NCBI GenBank assembly: GCA_033551855.1
Contig: JAWSUI010000015.1
Span: 13,337-77,336 of the forward strand
Direction: 5' to 3'
Source of the DNA: Deferrisomatales bacterium
Lineage (GTDB): Bacteria; Desulfobacterota; Deferrisomatia; Deferrisomatales; JACRMM01
Length of the DNA: 64,000 bases
Shown: positions 9,589-19,057 of the stretch, piece after piece
How positions within the stretch are numbered: position 1 is the stretch's first letter
How the letters are laid out: every line of letters starts with the position of its first letter
Notes under the pieces: generated by a model
The model's database searches: none
What the model was told of the DNA's origin: nothing
What the model saw: only the letters and a program-made list of their open reading frames with translations
Made by a program: the position numbers and the translations under genes

Positions 9589-10782
9589 TCAAATGACCCC
9601 CTCAGCCTTCAACCCCGCGAGCTCGTCGGCGCCGATTCCCAGCTCTCCGCCGTAGACGGCCCGGTTGTGCTCCGCCGTCCGAGGGGGGAACGGCAGCGTC
9701 CGGCCCTGCTCCCGCAGGTATGGGGTCATGAAGGGTGGGGGCGCCAGGGTCACCCGGAAGCCGGTGCGGGGGTCGACGGCGGCTAGGAGCTTCGGCTTCA
9801 CTGCCGGGTCCTCGCACACCTCCAGGACGTTCTGCACCTTGGAGACGGGGATGAGCGCCTGGCGGAAGGTCGCGAGGATCTCCTCGGTGGTGTACTTCCC
9901 GGTGGCCTCCGCGATCCGCCGGTTCAGCCGCTCCACGTCCGCGATGCGGCCCGCGTTGGTCGCATAGGCGGGGTCGTCGAGCCCCTCGAAGCCGGGGAGC
10001 GCCAGGAGTCGCTTCCACTGCACGTCGTTCCCCAAGGCGACGTACACGTACCCGTCGCGGGTCGGATAGACGCTCACCGGGGCAAAGAATTCGTGGGTCG
10101 CGCCCCGCCGGGTCATCACCTTGTCGAAGCTCTTGGCCATGGTCACGGGCTGGGTGAGCCAGGACACCGTGGAATCGATCATGGCCAGGTCGATCCGGCT
10201 CCCCTCCCCCGTCACCGCACGCCGGTACAGCGCCCGCATCAGGAGGCCGTACGCGTGCTCGCTGGTGCCCATGTCGGGCAGTGGGATTCCCACCACCTGG
10301 GGTATTCCACCGGCTTCCCCCGTCAGGTCCATCAGTCCTCCCCGCGCCTGGAGCACGGGGTCGTAGGCCGCCTCGTTCGAGTCGGGGCCGAACCCCGTCA
10401 ACCCGAGCCAGATGAGGTCCGGCTTCACCTCCCGCAGCACCTCGTAGTCGATCCCCAGGGGGCCGTAGTTCTTCGGGAGCTGGTTCGTGGCGAAGATGTC
10501 CACCCCGAGCCTGACGATGAGGTCCTTGAGGATCGCCTGGCCCCTGGGGTCCTTGAGGTTGAGGGTCAGGGCCTCCTTCCCGGCGTTGATGGAGAGGAAG
10601 TAGCTCCCCATGTCCTCCTCGCCGGGGGCGAAGGGCCGGCCCACCTTGCGGTTGGGGTCGCCCAGCACCGGGTGCTCCAGGCGGATGACCCGGACCCCGT
10701 CCTGGGCGAGCCGGTAGGTGAGGTACGGGAGGACCGTGGCCTGTTCGAGGCTCAAGACGGTGAGCTTCCGGAATACGTCCAT
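9589..10782 (-). CDS. Class III CoA-transferase (CaiB/BaiF family)
   Basis: YFLSINAGKEALTLNLK, TGFG, AYDPVLQARGGLM (catalytic Asp). Confidence 0.92.
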   Translation of the reverse strand: MDVFRKLTVLSLEQATVLPYLTYRLAQDGVRVIRLEHPVLGDPNRKVGRPFAPGEEDMGSYFLSINAGKEALTLNLKDPRGQAILKDLIVRLGVDIFATNQLPKNYGPLGIDYEVLREVKPDLIWLGLTGFGPDSNEAAYDPVLQARGGLMDLTGEAGGIPQVVGIPLPDMGTSEHAYGLLMRALYRRAVTGEGSRIDLAMIDSTVSWLTQPVTMAKSFDKVMTRRGATHEFFAPVSVYPTRDGYVYVALGNDVQWKRLLALPGFEGLDDPAYATNAGRIADVERLNRRIAEATGKYTTEEILATFRQALIPVSKVQNVLEVCEDPAVKPKLLAAVDPRTGFRVTLAPPPFMTPYLREQGRTLPFPPRTAEHNRAVYGGELGIGADELAGLKAEGVI

Positions 10783-10868
10783 CGGGACCTCTTCTCCGGA
10801 TGTGTTTGTTTTTGACTGTGTATTGTTCTACTCAGTATAAAAATCCGTTTGTCACATTTCGAAGTCGC

Positions 10869-10897
10869 AGTCTAGAGCCCTCTTTGGGCTCTGTCAA
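10869..10897 (-). promoter_or_regulatory. Sigma70-type promoter of the leftward (CoA-transferase) operon
   Basis: Minus strand TTGACA-17 nt-TAGACT. The spacer contains the inverted repeat AGAGCCC-N5-GGGCTCT. Confidence 0.65.
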
Positions 10898-10957
10898 CCG
10901 GGGGCGTTTACGATTCCTAGCGCGACCCTTCACATCGTCGGAAATCCTTTTGTAGCG

Positions 10958-10986
10958 TTGACAGAAGCGAGACCCTCTGCTACGGT
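10958..10986 (+). promoter_or_regulatory. Sigma70-type promoter of the molybdoenzyme operon
   Basis: TTGACA-17 nt-TACGGT with extended -10 TG. Palindrome CAAACA-G-TGTTTG downstream (11027-11039). Confidence 0.6.
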
Positions 10987-11117
10987 CCCTCCCTGCAGCG
11001 GGTCGGCTTCGGGTGCGGTCCGCACACAAACAGTGTTTGGGCAACGCGCAACCGGCGTTGCGGCCCATTCGGCGCAGACCGGGCGCCCCGCCGCCGCTGG
11101 GCATCCGGGAGGAGACG

Positions 11118-12125
11118 ATGCTCCGACTTCCTCCGCTCGACGTCCTCCAGCCCGAAGCCCTCGACGGCGCCCTGGCCGCCCTCGGCGCGCCCGCGCCCCC
11201 ACGCGTCCTGGCGGGGGGCACCGACCTCCTGGTCTCCCTCAAACAAGGACACACTCCCGGAAACGCGGGGGTCCTGCTCAGCATCGCCCGCCTCCCCCTG
11301 CGGGGAATCTCCCCGGGAGAGGCCCGGTGGGAGCTGGGGGCGGGGACCTCGCTCGCCGAGGTGACCCGCTGGGCTGCCCCGGGGGCGCTCGCCGTCGTTC
11401 CCCGGGCCGCAGCCTTGGTCGCCGCACCTCCACTCCGGACCCGGGCCACGGTGGGGGGCAACCTGTGCCTCGACACCCGCTGCGCGTTCTACAACCAGTC
11501 CGCCTTCTGGCGCAGCGGGAGGCCCCCGTGCCACAAGGCGGGGGGAGAAGTCTGCCACGCGGTGCCCGGGAGCCCACGGTGCCACGCCTGCCACCAGGCA
11601 GACCTCCCGCCGGTGTTGATCGCCCTGGGGGCCGAAGTCGAGGCGAGGGGCCCCGCCGGGGCAAGGGTCTTTCCCCTGGAGGAGCTCTACTCGGGGGACG
11701 GCCGGGAGCCCCTGCGCCTGGCGGCCTCCGAGCTCCTGACCCGCGTCCTGCTCCCCCTCCCCCCTCCGGCCGCCGGGGCGGGGTACGAGAAGCTCCGCCC
11801 CCGGAAAGGCCTGGACTTCCCGGCCGCTTCCGCGGCGGTCTACCTGGAGCGGTCCGAGGTCGGGCTGTGCCGGGAGGCCCGGATCGCGGTGGGGGCCGTG
11901 GGGTCCGGCCCGCTGCGGGTGCCGGAAGCCGAGAGGTGCCTGGTGGGCTCCGACCTCGGGGCCTCGGCCCTCGAGGCGGCGGCCGCCGAGGCCCGGCGGG
12001 CCGCGCGGCCGGTCAAGAACGCGGACTTTACGCCGGCCTACCGGCGGCAAGTGGTGGGGACCCTGGTCGCGCGCGCTGCCCGTACCGCGTGGGAGGCGGC
12101 CCAGAGAGGGAGGTCCGAGTCGTGA
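11118..12125 (+). CDS. Xanthine-dehydrogenase-family FAD subunit with HcrB-type [4Fe-4S] insert
   Basis: LAGGTDLL, ATVGGNLCLDTRC..YNQS..WR....C.K.GG..C......C, LRPRKGLDFP. GGAGG RBS before ATG 11118. Confidence 0.9.
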   Translation: MLRLPPLDVLQPEALDGALAALGAPAPPRVLAGGTDLLVSLKQGHTPGNAGVLLSIARLPLRGISPGEARWELGAGTSLAEVTRWAAPGALAVVPRAAALVAAPPLRTRATVGGNLCLDTRCAFYNQSAFWRSGRPPCHKAGGEVCHAVPGSPRCHACHQADLPPVLIALGAEVEARGPAGARVFPLEELYSGDGREPLRLAASELLTRVLLPLPPPAAGAGYEKLRPRKGLDFPAASAAVYLERSEVGLCREARIAVGAVGSGPLRVPEAERCLVGSDLGASALEAAAAEARRAARPVKNADFTPAYRRQVVGTLVARAARTAWEAAQRGRSES

Positions 12126-12631
12126 GCGGGGCACAGAAGGCCATCCTGGAGCTCAGGGTGAACGGCAACCGGCACACGGTCCTCGCGGCCCCAGGGCGCA
12201 CCCTGCTCGAGGTCCTGCGGGAGGACCTGGGCCTGACCGGCGCCAAGGAGGGGTGCGGCGTGGGGGCCTGCGGGACGTGCACGGTGCTGCTGGACGGGGC
12301 CCCGGTACGCTCCTGTCTGACCCTGGCCTGTGAAGCCCAGGGCAGTGAGATCCTGACGATCGAAGGGTTGGCGGAGACCTGGGCAGACCGGGCCGAGGGG
12401 GAGCTCCACCCCGTCCAGGAGGCCTTCGTGGAGGGCCACGGGATTCAGTGCGGCTTCTGCACGCCCGGCATGATCCTCACGGCCAAGGCGCTGCTGGACG
12501 AGAACCCGGACCCCACCGAGGCCGAGGTGCGGGCCGCCCTGTCCGGGCAGGTGTGCCGCTGCACGGGGTACGCCAAGATCGTGGAGTCGGTCCTGGGCGC
12601 CGCCCGCCGCCTCCGGGAGGTGCAGCCGTGA
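12122..12631 (+). CDS. Xanthine-dehydrogenase-family 2x[2Fe-2S] subunit (HcrC/CoxS-like)
   Basis: GAKEGCGVGACGTCTV, SCL, QCGFCTPG, CRCTGY. GTG start overlaps the previous stop. Confidence 0.93.
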   Translation: MSGAQKAILELRVNGNRHTVLAAPGRTLLEVLREDLGLTGAKEGCGVGACGTCTVLLDGAPVRSCLTLACEAQGSEILTIEGLAETWADRAEGELHPVQEAFVEGHGIQCGFCTPGMILTAKALLDENPDPTEAEVRAALSGQVCRCTGYAKIVESVLGAARRLREVQP

Positions 12632-14925
12632 AGCCCGGCCGAGTGATCGGTACCAGCATCCCGCGGCGGGACGCGCGCCTGAAGGCCACGGGCGAGGCCC
12701 GCTACGCGGCGGACGTGAGCCTGCCCTTCATGCTCCACGCCGCGGTCCTGCGCAGCCCCCTTCCCCACGCCCGGATCGTGCGGCTCGATGCCGCCCCGGC
12801 CCTCGCACTGCCCGGGGTCAAGGCGGTCGTGACCGCCGCCGACGCCTCCGGCGTCAAGTGGGGCGTCTTCCGCTACACGCGGGATCAGGAATTCCTGGCA
12901 CGGGACGTGGTGCGCTACATCGGCGAGGAGGTCGCGGCGGTGGCGGCCGAGACCGAGGAACTCGCCCGGGAGGCGGTGTCCCGGATCGTCGTGGAGTACG
13001 AGCCGCTGCCCGCGGTCTTCGACCCCCTTTCCGCCATGGCGCCCGGCGCACCGCGGGTGCACGCGCACGCGGAGCGCAACGTGAACATCCACGTGCCCAT
13101 ACACGTGGGCGACGTGGACGCGGCCCTGGGCGAGTGCGCGCACGTGCACACCGAGCGCACCGAGAGCGAGGAGGAGAGCTACTTCATGACCGAGCCCTAC
13201 GCGGTGGTCGCCCACTGCGACCGCCAGGGCACGGTCGAGGTCTGGATGCCCAACGCAAGCCCCCACACCAAGGCCAAGGGGCTGGCGAACGCCCTCGAGC
13301 TCCCCGTCTCCAAGGTCCACGTGCGCCACGTCACCGTAGGGGGTGCCTTCGGGGGGCGCAGCGACATGTTCCCGGGGGAGTACATCGCCGCGCTCCTCTC
13401 CCGCAAGACCCGCCGGCCGGTCAAGCTCGTCTACACCCGGGAAGAGAACTCCATCGCCGTGCGCCAGGGACACTCCATGGTGGTGGAGAGCACCTTCGGG
13501 TTCCTGCAGGACGGCACCCTCCACGCCGCCGACGTCACCGCGCACATGGACGGCGGCGCCTACTCCTCCACCGGCCCCATCGCCACGAGCGTCCCCTTCC
13601 TGTGCTTCGAGCAGACCTACCGGGTCCCGAACGTCCGGTACAACGGGTACCGGGTCTACACCAACAAGCCCATCCGGGGGATGATCCGCACCCACGGCCG
13701 CGCCTGGGCGTGCAACGTGGACATGCAGCTCGATCTCGCGGCCCGGGCCCTGGGCCTGGACCCCATCGAGATCCGGCGCCGGAACGCCCTCCGGGGCGGC
13801 GAGCACACGCCCACCCGCAGCTTCATCCCGGTGATGGCGAGCCGCGAGACCATCGACGCCGTCGCCGAGGCGAGCCGCTTCCGGGAGAAGTGGGGCAAGC
13901 TCCCCCCCTGGCACGGCATCGGGGTGGGCTGCGTGAGCGTGATGAGCGGCTTCCCCATGGGCATCCGGGGCGGCTCCGCGGCCATGATCAAGTTCGACGA
14001 GGACGGCGGCGCCACCCTGATCTCGGGGGTGGTGGACAACGGCCAGGGCAACGAGGGTGTGGTGCTGCAGATCGCGGCCGAGGCCCTGGGGATCCCCGTG
14101 GACCAGATCCAGCTCACCGCCTCGGACACCGAGGTCACCCCCATCGACCAGGGGGCCTACTCCCAGGCCACCACCTTGGTGAGCGGCAACGCCGTGCGCC
14201 TCGCCTGCGAGGACGCCCGGCGACAGATCCTGGAGATCGCGGCCGAGGCCATGGAGGCCAGCGCCGCGGATCTGGACATCGAGGACGGGCGCATCTTCGT
14301 GCGGGGCTCCCCGTCGCGGGCCATGCCCGTGGCCAAGGCCATCCGCACAGGCCTGCTCCAGGGCAAGGCGGTGCTCGGCCAGGGCAGCTTCGGGCCCAAC
14401 GTGGACCAGACCCGGGAGTGGATCACCAACCCAAAGGGCCAGCTCGCGGCGGCCTTCAGCTACGGCAGCGCCGTGGTGGAAGTGGCGGTGGACCCGGAGA
14501 CCGGGCTGGTGGACGTCCTGGACGTGTGGGTGGCCCACGACTGCGGGCGTGCCATCAACCCCGCGGAGGTGGAAGGCCAAATGGAAGCGGGGGTCGCCAT
14601 GGGGGGCCACGGCGGCATCCTGCTGGAGGCCTGCAAGTGGCACCAGGGCGCCAACCTGAACACCGGCTTCCTGGACTACAAGGTGCCCCTTGCCCCGGAC
14701 ATGCCCCCCATCCACAACTTCATCATCGAGTCCGAGGACCCGGTCGGCCCCTTCGGCGCCAAGGAGGGGGGGCTCTCGATCTCCATGTGCACGGCCCAGG
14801 CGTACACCAACGCCATCGCCGACGCCATCGGGACCTACCTCCGGGAGTTCCCCCACACCCCGGACCGGATCCTGGACGCGATCGAGAAAAAGGGAGGGGA
14901 TGCAGGTTGGACGGAAAGCACATGA
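12628..14925 (+). CDS. Xanthine-dehydrogenase-family molybdopterin subunit (HcrA-like, divergent)
   Basis: KATGEARYAAD, LRSPLPHARI, GGAFGGR, AHDCGRAINP..VEGQ, DYKVP, GPFGAKE. Confidence 0.92.
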   Translation: MKPGRVIGTSIPRRDARLKATGEARYAADVSLPFMLHAAVLRSPLPHARIVRLDAAPALALPGVKAVVTAADASGVKWGVFRYTRDQEFLARDVVRYIGEEVAAVAAETEELAREAVSRIVVEYEPLPAVFDPLSAMAPGAPRVHAHAERNVNIHVPIHVGDVDAALGECAHVHTERTESEEESYFMTEPYAVVAHCDRQGTVEVWMPNASPHTKAKGLANALELPVSKVHVRHVTVGGAFGGRSDMFPGEYIAALLSRKTRRPVKLVYTREENSIAVRQGHSMVVESTFGFLQDGTLHAADVTAHMDGGAYSSTGPIATSVPFLCFEQTYRVPNVRYNGYRVYTNKPIRGMIRTHGRAWACNVDMQLDLAARALGLDPIEIRRRNALRGGEHTPTRSFIPVMASRETIDAVAEASRFREKWGKLPPWHGIGVGCVSVMSGFPMGIRGGSAAMIKFDEDGGATLISGVVDNGQGNEGVVLQIAAEALGIPVDQIQLTASDTEVTPIDQGAYSQATTLVSGNAVRLACEDARRQILEIAAEAMEASAADLDIEDGRIFVRGSPSRAMPVAKAIRTGLLQGKAVLGQGSFGPNVDQTREWITNPKGQLAAAFSYGSAVVEVAVDPETGLVDVLDVWVAHDCGRAINPAEVEGQMEAGVAMGGHGGILLEACKWHQGANLNTGFLDYKVPLAPDMPPIHNFIIESEDPVGPFGAKEGGLSISMCTAQAYTNAIADAIGTYLREFPHTPDRILDAIEKKGGDAGWTEST

Positions 14926-15046
14926 GCAAAGACACGGCAAGTCTTGACAGGATAACAGGATAGATTGGATGAAGTCTGGCAATACACTCCCATAGCGACA
15001 GATATCCCGTCCATCCCGTTATCCCGTCCACGAAAGGTCTGTTCCC

Positions 15047-15481
15047 ATGAAAGCCAAGGCCATCGACCACATCTGCTTCGTCGTGCGCGACCTCGACGAA
15101 GCCGTCGCGCGCTACCGCGACACCCTGGGGATGGAGCCCGACGGGTACTACACGGCTCCCTCGGAGAGCATCCGGGTGGCCCGGTACTACCTGGAGAACG
15201 TCGCCCTCGAGCTCATGGAGCCCACCCGGCCGGACAGCGAGGTGGGCCGCTTCCTCGAGAGGCGCGGGGAGGGCTTCTTCCTCATCTCCTACCGGGTGGA
15301 CGATGTGTCCGAGGGACTTGCGGAGCTCGCCGAAAAGGGGCATCGGACCATCGACCGGGTGCCCCGGGAGCTCATGGGCAACCGGTACGCCTTCCTTGCC
15401 CCGCCCCCCCAGATGTACGGCGTGCTCACCGAGATCCTCGACGGGGAGTTCGACCGGGGCTACGATGAGGGCGGCGGATGA
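15047..15481 (+). CDS. VOC family protein, methylmalonyl-CoA epimerase-like
   Basis: IDHICFVVRDL, LELMEP....S.V.RFL..RGEG, GVLTEI. Confidence 0.8.
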   Translation: MKAKAIDHICFVVRDLDEAVARYRDTLGMEPDGYYTAPSESIRVARYYLENVALELMEPTRPDSEVGRFLERRGEGFFLISYRVDDVSEGLAELAEKGHRTIDRVPRELMGNRYAFLAPPPQMYGVLTEILDGEFDRGYDEGGG

Positions 15482-15532
15482 GGGGCCGGCCGGGCCCCTC
15501 GGCGGCCGAGCGAGCGCGGCAAGCGGGGAACC

Positions 15533-16456
15533 GTGAACCCTGACCCGACCTTCTCTTCCGTCGACGCCATCATCCGGGCGTTCCGGGAGCACCACTACGT
15601 GGCGGACCCCGCGGTCGCCACGATCCTCTACCTCAGCCGGGCGCTGCAGAAGCCCCTGTTCCTGGAGGGTGCGCCCGGCGTGGGGAAGACCGAGCTGGCC
15701 GTGGTCCTGGCGCGGGCCATGGACACCGAGCTCATCCGCCTGCAGTGCTACGAAGGGCTGGACGCCTCCATGGCCCTCTACGAGTGGAACTACCCCCGCC
15801 AGATCCTGGAGATCAAGCTCCAGGAGGTGTGCGGGGACCGGGATCGGCTGGCGCGGACGATCTTCAGCGAGGAGTTCCTGATCAAGCGGCCCCTGCTCCA
15901 GGCCATCCAGCACCCCGGTCCACAGCCCGCGGTGCTGCTCATCGACGAGCTGGACCGGGCCGACGAGGAGTTCGAGGCCTTCCTGCTGGAGCTCCTGGCG
16001 GACTACCAGATCACCGTCCCGGAGCTCGGCACCCTGCGCGCCGTGGTGAAGCCGATGGTCATCGTCACCTCCAACCGCACTCGGGACGTCCACGACGCCC
16101 TCAAGCGCCGATGCCTGTACCACTGGATCGACTACCCGGACTTCGACAAGGAGTACGCCATCGTCCGGAGCCGCCTGCCGGGCGTGGAGGAGCGGCTGGC
16201 CGCCCAGGTGTGCCGCTTCATGGAGCGCATCCGGACCGAGGACTTCCTCAAGCGGCCCGGTGTCGCGGAGACCCTCGACTGGGCCGCCGCCCTCCTCGCG
16301 CTCAACCACCACACCCTGGACGCCCCGGTGGTGGAGGCCACCCTGGGATGCATCTTCAAGAACCAGCAGGACATCCAGGTCTTCCGGGAGCAGATCTGGG
16401 GGGACGAGGGCCGCCGCCGGGAGTACCTGCAGGACGTGAAGGAGAACGTGTGTTGA
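15533..16456 (+). CDS. CoxD-like MoxR AAA+ ATPase
   Basis: LEGAPGVGKTE, RLQCYEGLD...ALYEWNY, LLIDELDRADEEFEA, DALKRRCLY. Confidence 0.92.
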   Translation: MNPDPTFSSVDAIIRAFREHHYVADPAVATILYLSRALQKPLFLEGAPGVGKTELAVVLARAMDTELIRLQCYEGLDASMALYEWNYPRQILEIKLQEVCGDRDRLARTIFSEEFLIKRPLLQAIQHPGPQPAVLLIDELDRADEEFEAFLLELLADYQITVPELGTLRAVVKPMVIVTSNRTRDVHDALKRRCLYHWIDYPDFDKEYAIVRSRLPGVEERLAAQVCRFMERIRTEDFLKRPGVAETLDWAAALLALNHHTLDAPVVEATLGCIFKNQQDIQVFREQIWGDEGRRREYLQDVKENVC

Positions 16457-16496
16457 GCGCTGCCCCTGCGCGGCCCGCCCGGGCGCCGAGGCCTCG

Positions 16497-17279
16497 GTGA
16501 CGCCGGCCGGGGACGGGCCCCGGCCCCGCATCCGGGAGCTCCTGGAGGCCGGCGAAGCCTTCTGCCTGGCCACCGTCGTCGCCTCCCGCGACCCGGCGGT
16601 GCGGGTGGGGGCGAGAGCCGTCGTCCGAGGGGACGGGACCGCCGAGGGGGAGCTCGGCGACGAGGGGGTGGGCCGGGAAGTGCACCGCCTCGCGCGGGAG
16701 GCACTGGGGCGCCGGCGCAGGGGCCTCGTGGAGCCGCGCCCCGGTCTGCAGGTCTTCCTGGACGTGATGGCACCGGAGGCCGAGCTCCTGGTGTGCGGGG
16801 CGGGCCACATCGCCGTGCCGCTGGCCGCATTCGCCCGGCAGCTCGGTTTCGCGGTGACCGTACTGGACGACCGGGCCGACTTCGCGCGCCCGGACCGGTT
16901 TCCGGGCTGCGAGGTCGTGGCCGAGGACTTCGTGGGCGCCCTCCGGCGGCTGCCCCTGGGGCCCGACACCTATGTGGTGGTCATCACCCGGGGGCACGAG
17001 CACGACGCCGAGTGCCTGGCGGAGGTCCTCCCGAAGCCGACCGCCTACGTGGGCCTCATCGGGAGCCGGCGGCGGGTGGCCTTCGTCCTGGAGATGCTCG
17101 GCCGCGAGGGCGTCCCCGCGGAGCGGCTGACCGAGGTCTTCACTCCCATCGGGGTTCCCCTGGGGGCCGAATCGCCGGAGGAGATCGCCCTGTCGATCGC
17201 CTCCGAGCTGGTCTGCGTGCGCCGCAAGGGGCCGGAACAGGCCCGCGCCCTGCGGGACGCCGCAGGGGGAAGCCGATGA
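16497..17279 (+). CDS. XdhC/CoxF molybdenum cofactor maturation protein
   Basis: CGAGHIA, DDR, TRGHEHD, YVGLIGSRRR, PIG...GAESPEEIALSI. Confidence 0.9.
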   Translation: MTPAGDGPRPRIRELLEAGEAFCLATVVASRDPAVRVGARAVVRGDGTAEGELGDEGVGREVHRLAREALGRRRRGLVEPRPGLQVFLDVMAPEAELLVCGAGHIAVPLAAFARQLGFAVTVLDDRADFARPDRFPGCEVVAEDFVGALRRLPLGPDTYVVVITRGHEHDAECLAEVLPKPTAYVGLIGSRRRVAFVLEMLGREGVPAERLTEVFTPIGVPLGAESPEEIALSIASELVCVRRKGPEQARALRDAAGGSR

Positions 17280-17593
17280 CCGACCGGGAGATCTTCGCGC
17301 GCCTCGCTGCGCTCCGGCAGGACGGGAAGGAGGTCTGCCTGGCCACCATCGTGGAGGCGGCCGGCTCCACGCCCCGCGACGTGGGGGCCAAGATGCTCGT
17401 GTGCGCCGACGGCACCACCTTCGGCTCGGTCGGGGGAGGCTGCGGCGAACGCCAGGTGAAGACCGCGGCGCTCCGGTGCCTCCTGACCACCCGTGCCCCG
17501 GAGCTGGTGGAGGTCGACCTCACCGACGATCTCGGCACCCGGGGCGGCGACGTCTGCGGCGGCCACATGCGGATCTTCGTCGAGCCGGCCTGA
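17276..17593 (+). CDS. XdhC/CoxI N-terminal domain protein
   Basis: LATIV...GSTPRDVGAKMLV..DG..FGSVGGGCGE, CGGHMRIFVEP. ATG overlaps the previous stop. Confidence 0.88.
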   Translation: MTDREIFARLAALRQDGKEVCLATIVEAAGSTPRDVGAKMLVCADGTTFGSVGGGCGERQVKTAALRCLLTTRAPELVEVDLTDDLGTRGGDVCGGHMRIFVEPA

Positions 17594-17821
17594 CCCCCCG
17601 GCACCGCTGCCGTCATCGCCATCGGTATCGGTGTCGCGATCGGAATCGATCCCGATCCCGATGGGGATGGCGAGCTCGAGGAACAGGCGCCGCCGGTCTG
17701 GTTAGGGCGCCGTAAAATGCGGGCTGCATCCCCGCCCTTCGGGGGGGCCCGGTGGCATTTCGGTCTTCACTTCGGGAGCCTTGGGAGGAGAGAGATGACG
17801 ACGCACGAAGACTGAGCGCCG

Positions 17822-18976
17822 ATGTCCGACCTCTCCACGCCCCCGCGCCCCGGCCGCCCGGAGTCCCCCGACGGACCGTTGGGCATGGCGGGGAACATCG
17901 TTGCCTTCTCCCGGCTCCTCAAGGACGCCGGGCTCCCCACCCACCCCCAGGCGGTGGTCGATGCCTGCCGATCCGTGGCCCTGCTGGACCTCGGCGACCG
18001 CCGGCAGGTCTACTGGGCGCTCCGGGGCAACCTGGTCACCGACCGGCAGCGCTACGAGGCCTTCGACCGCCTCTACCGCCTGTTCTGGGAAGAGGGGGTC
18101 CGCCGGCTCCCCCGCCGGCAGCCGGCCCCGCTGGGCCGGATCCCCGTCTTCGCCCCCGTCCCCCCCGGCGGGGAAGGGGTGGGGCGGACCGCCCCCGACG
18201 CCTCCGGCGGCGCCAGCCCCGACGAGCTCTTGATCCGCAAGGACCTGCGCACCCTCGCCCCGGAAGAGGAACCGCGGCTCCGGGAGATCCTCCAGTCCCT
18301 CCTCGCCAAGCTCGCCACCCGGCCGGGCCGCAGGTACCGGCCCACCTTCCGGGGCCGCGGCCTGGAGCTCCGCCGCACCTTCCGGCGCAACGCCGCCCTG
18401 GGCGGCGAGCTCGTCCGGCTCGTCCGCCGGGCGAGAAGGGTCCGCCGCCTTCGGGTGGTGTTCCTCGGGGACGTCTCCGGGTCCATGGACGCCTACAGCC
18501 GCTTCTTCCTCCTGGTGGCCCACGCCCTCGGGCGGCAGGAACCCGGGGTCGAGGTCTACGCGTTCTCCACGCGGCTGTTCCGGCTCACCGAGTTCGTGCG
18601 GGACCGGGACGCCAGCCGCGCCCTGGAGCGCCTGGCGCAGCAGACCCTGGGCTGGTCCGGGGGGACGAGGATCGGCCAGTGCCTCGGCGAGCTGCACCGG
18701 GCGCTGGCCCGCCGCCCCCGCCTCCGGGACACCGTGGTGGTCATCCTGAGCGACGGCTGGGACCGGGGGGACCCCGGCCTGGTGCGGCGGGAGATGGCTC
18801 GCCTCAAGGGGGCCGTCTCACGGATCTACTGGCTCAACCCCCTGAAGGGCGACCCCGATTACCGTCCCCTGTGCCAGGGCATGGCCGCCGCCCTGCCCTA
18901 CGTGGACGGCTTCTACCCGGCCCACAACGTGGAATCCCTGGCCCGCTTCACCCGGCAGCTCGTCCGCGTGCGGTGA
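17822..18976 (+). CDS. CoxE-like VWA domain protein
   Basis: DVSGSM MIDAS, FSTRL, WSGGTRIG, SDGWDRGD, WLNP. Confidence 0.9.
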   Translation: MSDLSTPPRPGRPESPDGPLGMAGNIVAFSRLLKDAGLPTHPQAVVDACRSVALLDLGDRRQVYWALRGNLVTDRQRYEAFDRLYRLFWEEGVRRLPRRQPAPLGRIPVFAPVPPGGEGVGRTAPDASGGASPDELLIRKDLRTLAPEEEPRLREILQSLLAKLATRPGRRYRPTFRGRGLELRRTFRRNAALGGELVRLVRRARRVRRLRVVFLGDVSGSMDAYSRFFLLVAHALGRQEPGVEVYAFSTRLFRLTEFVRDRDASRALERLAQQTLGWSGGTRIGQCLGELHRALARRPRLRDTVVVILSDGWDRGDPGLVRREMARLKGAVSRIYWLNPLKGDPDYRPLCQGMAAALPYVDGFYPAHNVESLARFTRQLVRVR

Positions 18977-19057
18977 GCCCACGCCGAAGGAGGTGACCCC
19001 CCGACAACCACCGAACGACCGCAGCGCCGTCTCAACCCACCAGGAAAGGAGCCCCCC

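Noticed and set aside
10783..11117. Cobalamin or Moco riboswitch for the catabolic operons
   Set aside because: No B12-box or Moco consensus is visible, and the leaders are short.
11118..14925. Calling the molybdoenzyme 4-hydroxybenzoyl-CoA reductase (hcrBCA)
   Set aside because: The FAD subunit is HcrB-like, but the large-subunit active-site motifs differ and the context lacks phenol or benzoyl-CoA genes.
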